Shown: one piece after another, positions 49,568 through 61,703 of the stretch
How the letters are laid out: each line of letters opens with the position of its first letter
Position numbering within the stretch: the first letter of the stretch is position 1
DNA from: Eimeria praecox
Taxonomy: Eukaryota
Assembly (NCBI GenBank): GCA_963920595.1
Contig: OY986948.1
Coordinates: 930,001-994,000 of the forward strand
Length of the DNA: 64,000 nt
Reading direction: 5' to 3'
Notes under the pieces: generated by a model
Told to the model about the DNA's origin: nothing
The model's database searches: none
What the model saw: the letters and a program-made list of their open reading frames with translations, nothing else
Translations under genes and position numbers: made by a program

Positions 49568-49760
49568 TTCTCCCGCCTACTACCCATCAACTACGGTAAG
49601 CTTGGGAGCGCAGGCGAACACGTTTGCAGTGGCTGACCGGCTTAGCGTGAGGCCGTTCATAACGAAACGACTTCTCCTGTATACTCTCCATCAACTACAC
49701 AGAGCTGGGGAGGGAAGCCCACCACGTTTGCAATTGCGGACCCCCTTAGCATAAGGCCGT
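49568..49760. repeat. Diverged direct repeat: two 89-bp copies, 104-bp period
   Basis: 49568-49656 aligns to 49672-49760 without gaps, 22 mismatches in 89 by my count. Confidence 0.85.
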
Positions 49761-50332
49761 GCTGGGCACTCCTCCCCCATTCGTCCGCCGAATCTAACTA
49801 CTGTTCAGTGAACTTGAGCAGGCAACCTGTTTTAATTTTAGCCCGAGTGTAGGCTTAATTCGCTAACATTTTGACAAATAGGTGAAATGCCGATTCTGTG
49901 TGCGCCACGAGCAGCCATTTCGCTGCTTCAGTGGCAGCTGATGAGAGGAAGCGTCGCTGCAACGGGCCTCCGCTGGTCCCGATCAAATTGGTTTGTTCAT
50001 ACGGGACGGGACCTTGAGCAAGAACCGGTTATTAAGCCGGTGGCTTTTCATCGTTTCCGCAGTTTCTCCCCAATGATGCCAAGCCAGTGCGTGCATGCTC
50101 TTCGCTCGTTTATTCTGGCTTACGGTGCGGTGTCCTACGTGACACGTTCTCTCCGCTCGTACAAAAAAATAAGGGGCTACTAAATTCAGATAAAAATAAA
50201 AGATGCATGTGGAACAACGCAGTGTTTTCAGCGTTTACATGATCTACACAGACCTGCGCTAGGTGACGCGAAGGTCACCTCCCAGAGTAATAGCTACCGC
50301 GGCGGAATCTTCTATACGCAACTCTTCAAGAT

Positions 50333-53270
50333 ATGATGAGCCGACCACCTATTTTCCAACCACCTCCTGGGCCTGTTATGCGGGCGGGGGAGGGAGAGGA
50401 ACACGACTTCCTGCGTGCTGAACAAGCCGCAAACATAACTGGGCCGCATCCTGCTGGAAACGAACTTTATAGTATGATCTCTCATCTATCAAACTTATTG
50501 AGCGAGAAGTACCCGCATGATGGCGATAAGTCAGGCAAGCTTCTTGACTTCACTGACAACTTGTTACGAAGTAAAACCGAGGTGCTTCCCCTCATGGAAT
50601 GTTCGCATCCTGCTTAAGCATACTGCTCAATCATCTTGCTGGAGTTTCATCGAAAAACATACGTTCCGCAGTAAAACAATAACTACACTGAAGCTAGCAG
50701 ATACTCATCATATGCCTACGAGCTACTCTTTCTTCTGATCACTTGCAAGCAGATCCGTACCCTCAAAATGACGATGACATAGACACCTTTACGCCTCAAG
50801 AGGTCCTGCAAGCTACGCGGCTAATTCGCCTGTTGAAACAGTCTATCCGCGGCAGTCAACGTCGCCAACAGTCTCGACCACTCAGGCGAGTAAAGCCGGC
50901 TCCGTACATTGATGAGCGCTGAGTATTTCACAAAAAGAGGCTAGCCAGCATGCAACAAAAGCCATACAGCGTACACTTCAGAGCTAAGTTTCTCGCGAAG
51001 GCAAGCAAAGCAAAACTCACAGTTCGAGAACGCTGCCTGATACCAAGTTGGAGGGAGTAATGGATTGCGCGGTGTGTACAGGGTGAATGAGGCCCGGTTA
51101 GACAGCCGACCGGCTTCCTTCGGCGCAGTTGGTAGGCTGGGACTTTTCGGCAGCAGTAGTTTACTATGAGTAGTTTATGCGCGATTGAGTGCAAGTTGAA
51201 TGTGTTGCGACTTAGTGGTAGATGAAGAAGAGTAACGATTACGTCTCTTGCGCTACGTGCTTCGATAGGGGTAGCCCCGCCGCCTTGCTCTAAAGGCAAC
51301 GAGGACAGATCCCCAAAGAGGAGCGACTCGGGCTGGCAACAGGGTTCGCAGTTCCCTGCAGCGTGGGAAAGTGGGGAGTCCCAGGGCTCGATAACAGGCG
51401 TGAAGTCAGCACAGGAAAGGGATGAAACAGTGCGCCAGCCAAACAGCACAGAAGCTCGTCAATCCGACCCGTATCTCGATGGCCAGCCAGCATCAAGCAG
51501 ACCACAAATCCTAGCTACAAAGCGCTTCCCAGATACCTTGGGGAAGGCGTCAGGGGCAAAGTGTGTAACAACAAGCTCCAAGGAAACCCCCCGAGCAATT
51601 GCTAGTTATCCCAGGCCCCAGCGAAGCACCGGAGAGCAGCCGGAGCTCCTGGCAAGCCGAGGGACATTTGAGCAAGCCATGCCTGAAAATAACCCTCTCC
51701 TCGACAAGTTTCTCTCGGGTGCCCATGGGATTGCACCATTCCCTGCAGAAGCGGACGTTGGGGAAGAAGCCCAAGAAATTCAAGAAGTCGGCACCCTATT
51801 TCGACTCCTGTCCAGCCCTTTGGCTCCTAGCGCCTGTTGCCCCCATGCCTGACAAAACACTACTTGTCTTATGTCTGAAGGGAGGCAAGGGTAATTAGAA
51901 CTACCACCCGGTGCGGGCCACTGGTTGGCACTTGTGAACCCAGATGTGACTGTGCTGTTCATTTTAGTGTCCCTACTGCCACCGTACCTTCGCCAGCAAG
52001 TCATTCGAGAAGCATGTTAAGGTCTGCGTGAAGGTACGTCGGGTGTCAGTGAACACTGCATGAAGCACCAGTCATTGCTTCTCTATTTATTGATATCGTG
52101 CATGCTTCCCCCTTCTGCATCTGGCGAATCGCCCAATGCATTGTGCTACCCGCAACTATTAAAGAGGGAAACGGCTTTAATATTGGAGCTTTCGGGCCTT
52201 TAAGGGCTTTTTCAGTGGGGTGCACGCAACCACAGGCAAGCTATGAATGAGTGTGCGCGATTTAAAAAGGTCTTTTTTACACGGCGGAAAAAGTACGACA
52301 TGACTAGGAAGCGCTTGGCAAGTGTCGTTGAGGAAGCAGGACTTCCTGTACACTCAACTGTACAGAAGCTGCGAGGGGAACTCTCATCCAAGCCGTAAGC
52401 GCGCAGTGGTGGCCTTAGTGCCCCTAGTGCAGCTCTCTTACCTATGGAGTAATGCTGCTGGTGTTCCAACCCTGTAGCGCTCTTGTGAAGCCCTAAGTTA
52501 CGCTAGACCCGAGCCGAATTCTCGCTCTTCCGTTAAGCTGCTTGTTCCTCAGGCTAGAAAAGCGTACGGAGAAGAAATGGCAGCGTGAAGTGAGTTGTAC
52601 TTTCGTGCACAGTCTAAGTTTTGCTGAAACGCCTTCAGTCCATAGGCTTTAATCCTGCCATTAGCCCCTTCTTCTCTTCCTGCTGGTGCTTCCCCTCACA
52701 GAGTGCGCAGTTCCGAGCGGCCATGCGGATGGCGAGAGCAGGCGATCCGAGGGAGATTGCGGAAGCTCAGGCAAGCCACTAAACCCAATACCAAAAATTT
52801 AGTGCATGAGAGCTCAGCGTTTGAATTGAACGAAGGAAACAGATAGTGGCTCATATTGAATAACTTCGACCAGAAGTTAATCTCGGCTGCCTGCAGGCTA
52901 TCTTCGCCAAGTGCAGCGACATGGGGGTCAACAAACAGTGTCAGCACTGCGGTCGCACTTTCGGTCGTGAAGAAGCACTTGAGAAACACGAAGGTGTATG
53001 CCAGCGAATGTTCAAGAACGGCGGGGGCATTCTCAGAAAGGGAGGGGGTCTGTGTGCAGCACAAGGAGCTGCATGCCGCCTGGCGCGGAATGCAACAATG
53101 AAAAAAAAAGGGCAGCATTCCATGGACTTTTCTGCCCCCAAGAGGAATATCGACCCATCGAGCTGGGGATACCAACACCGAAGTGCCTCACAAGCCAGGC
53201 GCTCTTCAAAGCTGGATGTGGCATCAATAACAAATCAGAGGAAGGCCACTGGCCCCCCCTCACGCAGCTA
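50333..53270 (+). CDS. zf-C2HC (ZC2HC1-like) zinc-finger protein, multi-exon
   Basis: The last exon (52897-53270) encodes CQHCGRTFGREEALEKHEGVC. The preceding small exons give KKWQRE|SAQFRAAMRMAR, a helix typical upstream of this finger. Joining the 5' exons (50333-50581 etc.) is inferred. Confidence 0.72.
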
Positions 53271-55539
53271 GCCGCATCTTTCTAGATCCTTCCCATCGTC
53301 ATCTGGACAGTAGCTGTTACTCGCACCGTCGTTTGTGCGGTTACTGAGCAGAGAAAACTGCTGCTTCAGGTGGGACTGCAGCTGAACAACGTTCAATATT
53401 GCCCCAAAGACTGCACAAGAAAAGCTGACGGAGTTGCGTGCATAACTCTATAGCTTGCTATATCATTAACGCCTACCATTACCAGTTCCTGTCCGTACCC
53501 TTTTTCACTTAGATGCCCACCATCAAGGCACGCACATGTGAGCACCTTGCAACGGCCCATCTGCTAATTTGTCTATTTGCCGGAAATATGTTCCACGCAG
53601 CTTCACGAGCAGGCATTAGCATCATTACCTCGTATACCCTTTGGAACCACTTCCATAAACCGCTCTGCTTTTCTGCCAGTGCACCCCATGGTGGCTGACG
53701 TTTAAAAAACAGCCCCGTGATTAGCGATTGCCTCTTTTGTTGTGGTCGCTTTTGCACAGTCTTGCTTCCACAACAATGACCCGGCACTCTTATTTCTCCG
53801 GTTACTTGATTTTGTTTTTAAGGAGTTGTCTCAACGGCTAGACTTCCATTGGAGCTTAGTTTTAGTAATAGCTTGCTTCAGCATCAGTTCAACTTGCAGC
53901 TCGATGCACGTGTTCCTACCTCTATTTTTTAGGGTAACGCTTGAGATAACGCGGCTCCATCCTCTCATTCGATGGGTCATGTCACGCCACTGAACATTGC
54001 CGTGAGAGCTGTGATGCCCCTAGCCTTACAGTTGTTGCATAATCACAGGCTCTTCTGGAGCCATATACATATCCTGGCAGCTAAGCTTGTAATTCTTAAG
54101 CCTTACCCTTCTCCTAGCGGGTAGAAAATGTGTAGTTCCTAGGCGCCTGCTTGACTTCCCTGCGAGCCAATGCAACCCTGCCTCACCAGTGCTGCATATG
54201 GGCAGTTTCCGCGCCAGACTGGCTTAAAGTGAGTAAGTAAGGCTCATCTAACTAGAAACAGGCTCCTTGTGGCCGCAGGGATGGAACATATAGTGTCGTA
54301 CCGGCGCTTTAGTTCCGTACCAGCATTTGCAGTGTAACGTGTAGTTCTCTGAGGGGATTTAGAGTACCGTCACGCACTCGGTGTGCATGGAAGAGTACTT
54401 TGTCTGTTAGTTGCTCTCCATGCGTTTGCTGTCAAGCAACCGCCACGTCGTGACCCGAGGCCCTCCATGTTGAGGCGCGCTGCCCAACAATTCTCGTTGC
54501 AAGAGGACTAACCTGTTCTCCCATACATAGAAATACTATCCCAGCAGAAATGAATAAAAAAGTACTTTCGCTTTAAGCATCGGGGAGTGGAGTACTAGGC
54601 ATTGCTCAAGCACGAAGTGGATACATGACGCTCCACTTGGTGGCCACAGCAGTACGCCTTTTAAGCCAACACCATTCATAGCTAGATGGTGTTGCTTTTA
54701 GCTCATTAATTAATCATTGGTGCTTTTCCTATACTCAAGGGCGCTAACAGTCGTGTCAAGTGCGCGACATATGGCATTTCAAGGTGTCGGCAGATGGCCC
54801 CACACCAATAAAGCGGGAAGGTTTCTTTTGAACAGTCACTCTGCTTTCACTCGTACTACATTGTCAAGCAATCTGAAAGAAGAATGCGATTGGCTCGTCA
54901 TTCGTTACTCCGCAGGACCGACGACTCCGCGGGGCACCCGTGCGCCAACCCCCCTGGTCACGCCTTCAGTGGCATTGAGAAGATGCAAATATCGTCAATC
55001 GCTACCGAGTATGATCACTTTTTCAGGATTCTTCAGGGCATCACTTCGCTTTCAAGAAAGATTCTTCTTCGCACCGACCTTCGGATCGCAGGCTGTGAGT
55101 AGCTGAGGAGGGGTCATCACCCTCTGCTTACTAGGCAGCCACAACTTTTATTTATAGTTTGCATTCAGGGCTACCCGCAAAACACTCAACAGCTGCACCT
55201 GCAACGTATTTAACGCAGGTCGGAGGTTGCTGCTCATATTTCACGGCCAAGAGAGTACCAGTGAACCAACGTAAGTTGAACATGACGAGCCTGCTGGGCT
55301 CTCTTTATGCATGATGGAGCGTTCAGATGAATGCACTTTACAGTAAACTTGATACATTCGTGTAGCTGAGCTACATATAGAATGTTTGCAGTTGCTGTAG
55401 GAAGTTCATAAAGATTGAGGGCTTCCGCGCGAATCAAAGGGACCAACGTGGCATGCCCTTTCACCTATTTTCCGGCTTAATAGTCCCTCGCGCGCCTCTT
55501 TGTGTTGCTTCTACTACGCATGCAGCTGGTCTGCGAAAG

Positions 55540-58500
55540 ATGGCGCCTAAAGAAGCTCTTACTTACCCCCATGCCCGTCGGGGGCCGCTTGTTGAGGATC
55601 ATTTCGGCACTAGCGTCGCAGACCCCTATCGGTATGCGTGACGGGGGCAATATGCTGCCTTCGTAGATTCTGCACATGCCTTTCGGTTAAGCTGTTGCTT
55701 ATTATACGATTGACTCCACGAACATTTGCACGAGATGTACTGGCTGCCAGCTGCAACTACTGTGCTTGCAGATGGCTTGAAGATCCAGAAAGCGAGGAGA
55801 CGAAGGCATTTGTAGCTGCTCAAAATGCAGTGTCTGAGAAGTACTTGGATACACCGGTTCGAGGCCAAATTCTAAACGCTCTCAAAAGGTTCCAGGATTA
55901 CCCCAAGTGCGTCAGACTTTCTTCATGCTCCTATAGGAGCTACATTTGACGACTCGGTACAAGAACAACCCTGTGTGCGTGTTCGATTTACAAGACACGC
56001 AGACCCAGGTTCTCGTTTGCTGTACTGTAGGTTTGGGACTCCTTTCAAAGAAGGCAGTTTTTGGTACTCTTGGAGAAACTCGGGGCTGCAGAATCAGTCC
56101 ATTCTCCACCGGCATAGCGACAAAAAAGGGGAAGTCACTGAAGTCTTCCTCGACCCAAATCGCTGGACTGAAGACGGCACTGCTACTGTTGGTACGTTCT
56201 ATACTGCGCAGCATTAGTAGCTCTACACTCAGCACGTTAGCTTATTGCATTCCGAGGCGAAAGAACTCTTGTGCAAAGGCCTACCTGCTCCTTGCTTGCG
56301 AGGCGAAATAATTCTTGTGCAAAGGGCTACCTGTTCCTTTCTTGCCCAGGATCGTTGAAGTTTACGGAAGACGCTTCTTTGATGGCCTACGCCCGCGGGG
56401 ATAAGGGGAGTGACTGGCGCACAATATATATTATGGACGTTTCAACTGGCCACCTCCTAGAAGATCGTCTACACCACGCTAAGTGAGCCGCTCACACACG
56501 ACATCCGCAACCTTAAGCCCTAAACCATAAATTCCAGACATTTCCTTCCAATGGGTGTAGCATTGCTGGGCCTACAACTGTGTCGTTGCTGACGCATTAC
56601 ACCTGAACGTTCCAGAAACGACTGTTGTCCTGTAGTTTGTTTTCAAATAAAGAGGATACTGTCGTAGGTGACTGAACGGCGGATACTGCCGTGGTTGGTT
56701 GAACGGGCGCAGGTTCACGAGTTTGCAGTGGGTTGGCAGCAAGCGTTTGCTTTACAATAAATACGATGTTCCAGAGGGCGTCGATGCAAATGGCCTCGAG
56801 AATACTCAGAATGAGTTCCAAAAGGTAGGAACAATTAGCATTCCGCAGAAATTGGCGCCTCATTGCGTTTTTCTAGCTCAGGCAACCTTTATTTATGTGA
56901 TGAGGAGTCGCTCAGTAGCGCGTGCAGAACCAGTGCGCTTCTTCATTTGGCTTGCCTCGATGCGTTTTAGGTGTACTGTCATCAAGTGGGCAGCCCCCAG
57001 GCGCAGGACGTCCTGGTGCTGGAGTTTCCTAGTGAACCCACCTGGATGGCTTCCGTGAATGTGACGGATGATGAGAAGTTTATCGTTGCCCAAATTTCGC
57101 GGAGCTGCGAGCCTGTAGGCAACTAGTTACAGAAATCATGCGAGACGCGTTTTTAGTGCCACAATAAAGAGCAAGCAAGCGCGTGTAGAGAGGGGCGGGG
57201 GCTTGAGTAGTTAAGGACCAGAGTAAGGGACGCTTATGAAGTTCTTGCCATGAACGGTGAGATGCGTGTGCTACTCGAGGCGTGCAGACCAACAAATTGT
57301 GGATTGCTGCACTGCCTGACCCCGATGCACCAATCAGTGCTTTTGGCAAGTTGCAGTGGGTGAAGGTAGCCGATGACTTCGAGGCCGGTTTTGAATATGT
57401 GGCGAACGATGGCAGCCTTTTTTACCTCACTACAAATCGCGACGCTCCCAAGAATAAGATAGTTAAAGTGGATATTACGCATCCAGGTGCGGGACTTCAG
57501 CGGCTTGGCCTATGTTGGGACACTTAGAGGGAGCGAATAGGCTTAACTATTGCTTCAACTCTGATGAGCTGCTCATGAGGAGCTGTCATCGTTCAGATTC
57601 GGAGAACTTTGCCGGCCCAAGTGGACGGCTGTAGTGCTCAGTTGTGGGGCTGAGGTTGCTGGCCGAAAGAAACTGGTGGGAGTTCGTAGCTCGAGGAACA
57701 AGTTCAACGGAAACATGTTCAGTGTGCCCATTCTTGCTTGCTTCTTGAATGGCCGTTGCGCAGACGCTCCAATGATTGACGTTGTTCCGGAGGCAGATGC
57801 AGTGCTGGAAGAGGCGCTGGTAATAGCGGGAGACCGAATGGTCCTCCAGTACACTGAGGATGTAAAGTCGAAGCTTTACGTCCATCATTTAGATGGTACG
57901 CGTATCAAGGCGCTCGAAATTCCTGTGGGCTCCGTGTCAGCAATGTCAGGGAAGAGAAAATGCGATTACTTCCTTTTCAGCATCACTAGCTTTGACACCC
58001 CCCAAGTGATCTATGACGTAGATATCAGCGGAGGCACGTATGAGGTCTCCGTCGTTCGACGCACGACTGTAAGTGATTCTTCTTGCGCTGATCTCTCTCT
58101 GACCCTTTCATTCTTTCTGTTTGCTGTTTCTCCCGTGTTGAATGTACAAATGTCGGCATGTAAGCAAGGGGTAGTGGCGCCCCACTACCCCTTGCTTTGA
58201 CGGTTTGCGGTGGCCAGTCCAGCGGTCGGGAGGTGGCGTCGGGGCTTCTTGTCCTTATTTGCGGTGCAGATAAATGAACTTCCTCTGGAAGACCTTGAAG
58301 TTACACAGGAGTTCTACGCGAGCAAGGACGGGACAAAGATCCCCATGTTTTTGATGCGGCAGAAGGGACTGAAGGCGGGCCCCCACCCAATGATGCTCTA
58401 CGGATACGGCGGGTCCGCCACCCTCTACACACGGAGTGACGTGGAAAGCTACTTTTGTGTGCTGCATCTTTGTAGTGCATGGGCATCTCTATCATGGAAC

Positions 58501-59063
58501 AATGAATTCGTGGGAGAGCCCTACGTTTGCCTTGTTTCTGCATTGCTGCCTTCATGCATAGCCGTTATAAGGCTGGCAGCCTTATGCATTTAGTCTATGT
58601 TTAGTCTTGTCCACTGAATGATACTTCTTGTTCTCATTTGTATGAATGTTGGACCTATGCATTAATGGATTTTTCCCGAATGAGTGGTGGAATGCAGGTT
58701 CAATATTTCCCTGACCCCGTACTTCTCTCTTGCATTTGCCGTCTCTGCGCTCTACTTGGGGTTGGGCTTGGCTGTTCCCAATATAAGGGGAGGAGGCGAA
58801 TACGGCATTAATTGGTATAGGGCAGCAATCAAGGAAAAGAAACAAGTATGTGCAGTGATCCCATCCACACAAATGTATGTGAGCACGCATGCATTTGTCT
58901 ACACAACAGTTCTCATTTTTGTATATTTGTTTCGTTGTCTACGTCTAACGCATATATGCAGCGTACGTATACCCATGCATTTATCTTTTCAATGTTCTGC
59001 ATGTGTGCCTGCACGTACATGCATGCGTGATGCTTTCACTCGCCTTTACTAGGTGCCCTGCTG

Positions 59064-59133
<70 letters not shown>

Positions 59134-60585
59134 CGTGTGTGTGTGACGGCGCAGGTCAGCTATGATGATTTCCAAAGTGCAGCGGAGTATTTGTTTACCA
59201 AAGGCTACTCTAGTCCCGATCAGTGAGAGTTCTTCCCAGTGGTTGTCTGCATTCATTTGCATATTAACTTCTGCGTAGCACTGGGATGACGTAAATCTGT
59301 TGTGCAGGGGAGTATCACTTTGGTAGCACGTGTAAACAAACGTGCTTCTATGCCTTATGGAGGCTTTTGGAGCGCAGGCTAGCCATCATGGGAGGCTCTA
59401 ACGGTGGGCTGCTCGTGGGTGCCTGCGCAAACCAACGCCCTGACTTGTTCAAAGCTGTGGTTGCCAAGGTCGGCGTCATGGATCTTCTACGCTTCAACAA
59501 ATTTACAATTGGCCATGCATGGTAAGCCGCTGGGATGGGTTGCGAGTTCACTGTCATGTGCCATAACCACACAGAGGGAGCCATCAGAGTGCAAGCGTAT
59601 GGACGCTTTTAACGGTTGCTGCATTGTCAGCTTCGTTTTTAGACATCAGAACTACTTTGCGCCGGCCTTGGTGTAGCAGTGTTTCCGATGTTGAATTTAA
59701 AATTTTGCAACACTTTGAGACGTCAAAGGAGTATTTTGACTGAGTGCAGGGTAAGCGACTACGGCAACCCTGACAAAGAGGAGGATTTCGAGCACATTCT
59801 CAAGTAGGTCTGCGGTTGAAGCAGTGTTTGCAAGTAGATAGAAGCCTCCTGTCCATGGCTTTAGGGGCTGCTCTGATCCAGTATTTTAATTAGATCAGCG
59901 CACTTGCCTCTTGCGGTGGCGCTGGTGGCGCTTGCTGTTGAGTAAAACGTAGTGAAAAATCCACATTTTTGAAGGATCGCTGTACATGCATTGTGATTTT
60001 TAACCCACCAAAGGATCTCGCCGCTTCACAACATCAACTCTGAAGTCGTGCGGAGCGAGAAGCAGCCGGCGATTCTGGTCACGACGGCTGACCATGACGA
60101 CCGGGTCTCTCCTTTCCACTCTTTGAAGTATATTGCCCAGTTGCAGGTAGGTATTGGAGGGCTAGGCGTGGGTTAAAGTATTTAGAGGATGGTGGATGCA
60201 TGCGCAGTGTTCACGGCAGCAGCCAAACTCAGGCCCTCTTCACTTTGCTCTCTGCATCTCTTGTGCAGCATGCAGCTGGTTACTCCTCTCCCGCGTCTAC
60301 CCCTTTGATTGCGCACATTGACACAAAAGCAGGTCATGGAGGAGGCAAACCTCTGATGAAGGTAGGTGGGAAAAGTGGCAGTGCGTTTGGGGAAAGTGGC
60401 AGTGCGTTGGAGTGCTACTGGGTCAGCTAAGGAATGTTGGGTCGCCTTACTATGCTCGAGTTTCGAGCGCAGTTCTGGTTTATTTTGGTTTGCAGGTTCT
60501 AGAAGAGCAGGCTCTTACGTACGGATTCATCGCGTCAGTTTTGGGGCTGGAGTGGAGTGGGCCGGAGATCGCGAAGAGCGAGTAG
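55540..60585 (+). CDS. Prolyl oligopeptidase (peptidase S9A), about 16 exons
   Basis: [77 protein letters not shown] (catalytic Ser), DHDDRV (Asp), KAGHGGGKP (His). Stop TAG at 60583-60585. Confidence 0.97.
59063..59144. repeat. (GT)n microsatellite in a prolyl oligopeptidase intron
   Basis: Directly visible. Confidence 0.95.
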
Positions 60586-61703
60586 ACACACGTCCGAACA
60601 AGAGTGCGTAAAGTAGGCAGATAGGGAGATGTGCCTTGCACAAATATAGGCCTTACGTCATTGTCCGTACACTATCGTGCTGCAGCCAAGTACAGAGTGT
60701 AGCTTTGTGAGCAGCTGCACCTTTTCTCTGGTCTGTCAGGCAGCTCATCGCAATATGCAGAACTGACACACTGACCAGAGCTGTTATTTCCATTTCTTCC
60801 ACTGTTCAGTTGTACACAGCAGCACAGACCGTCACTGATTAGGAAATACGACTTGCCTTCCTGAGGCGGCAACTTAACCTTTTTTGTACAGCTGACATCT
60901 GCAGTAGTAGCCTACAACCAAGCGGTTCGAACCCGTAAAATGACACTCATACGTGTGCGTGCTGGTGCAATTGAGCACCATAACAAGTGTCCGATTCGTT
61001 GTGATGCCTCCATGCGTAACGCTTAGGTGGAAAGCAGGTAGAAAGCAGGGCGTAGCCCATGTGCATGCATGCAAATGCAGGCATCAGCATACGACTGTTC
61101 AACAGCACCATTTCCCTTTAATTAGATCGCTGGCTGCCAATCAGCGGCCAACCAGCAGCCAGATTTTCCACGAACAGCCTTTGCACATCACACAGGTACA
61201 CGGAGAAACCAAACCAAAATGAACGCCTCATATCTGGAGCAATGCTCAAGAACCCCTGATGCATTCTACCTTGGCACGAACACAGAAGACAGACACGCAG
61301 AAGAAAGCCCCGTGACGCTGTAGACGTCCTTGGTGTTTCTTAAAGGGCGAGAACTGAAGAGTAGGAGCGCATTCGAAGTGGTCCTTTATCGCCTATAGCA
61401 GCGCGGTTGGAGACGTCAGCACCGCCGTAAAACCCTTCAGATACTTCGGATGGGACATAAAATAAATTGATGTATAGTGTCTTCGAACTCGTCGAACAGC
61501 AGGCGAGCTTAGAAATGGTGCCGGATGCAAATACACTACACTGGCAGCCTTCAGAGGATGCAATGAACCTTCTGACATTGCGCCGTTTGATAGCCTCAAC
61601 ACCAGTCACCTCGCAGCGCAGTAGTGGCTGTTCTGCTTATCACGACGAAATGGCACGGATTCACACAAGCCGTTACGCCCGTGCCCAGCACATGCGCGCT
61701 CTG

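Noticed and set aside
49568..49760. CRISPR-like interpretation of the spaced direct repeat
   Set aside because: There are only two long diverged copies, no cas genes, and the context is eukaryotic.
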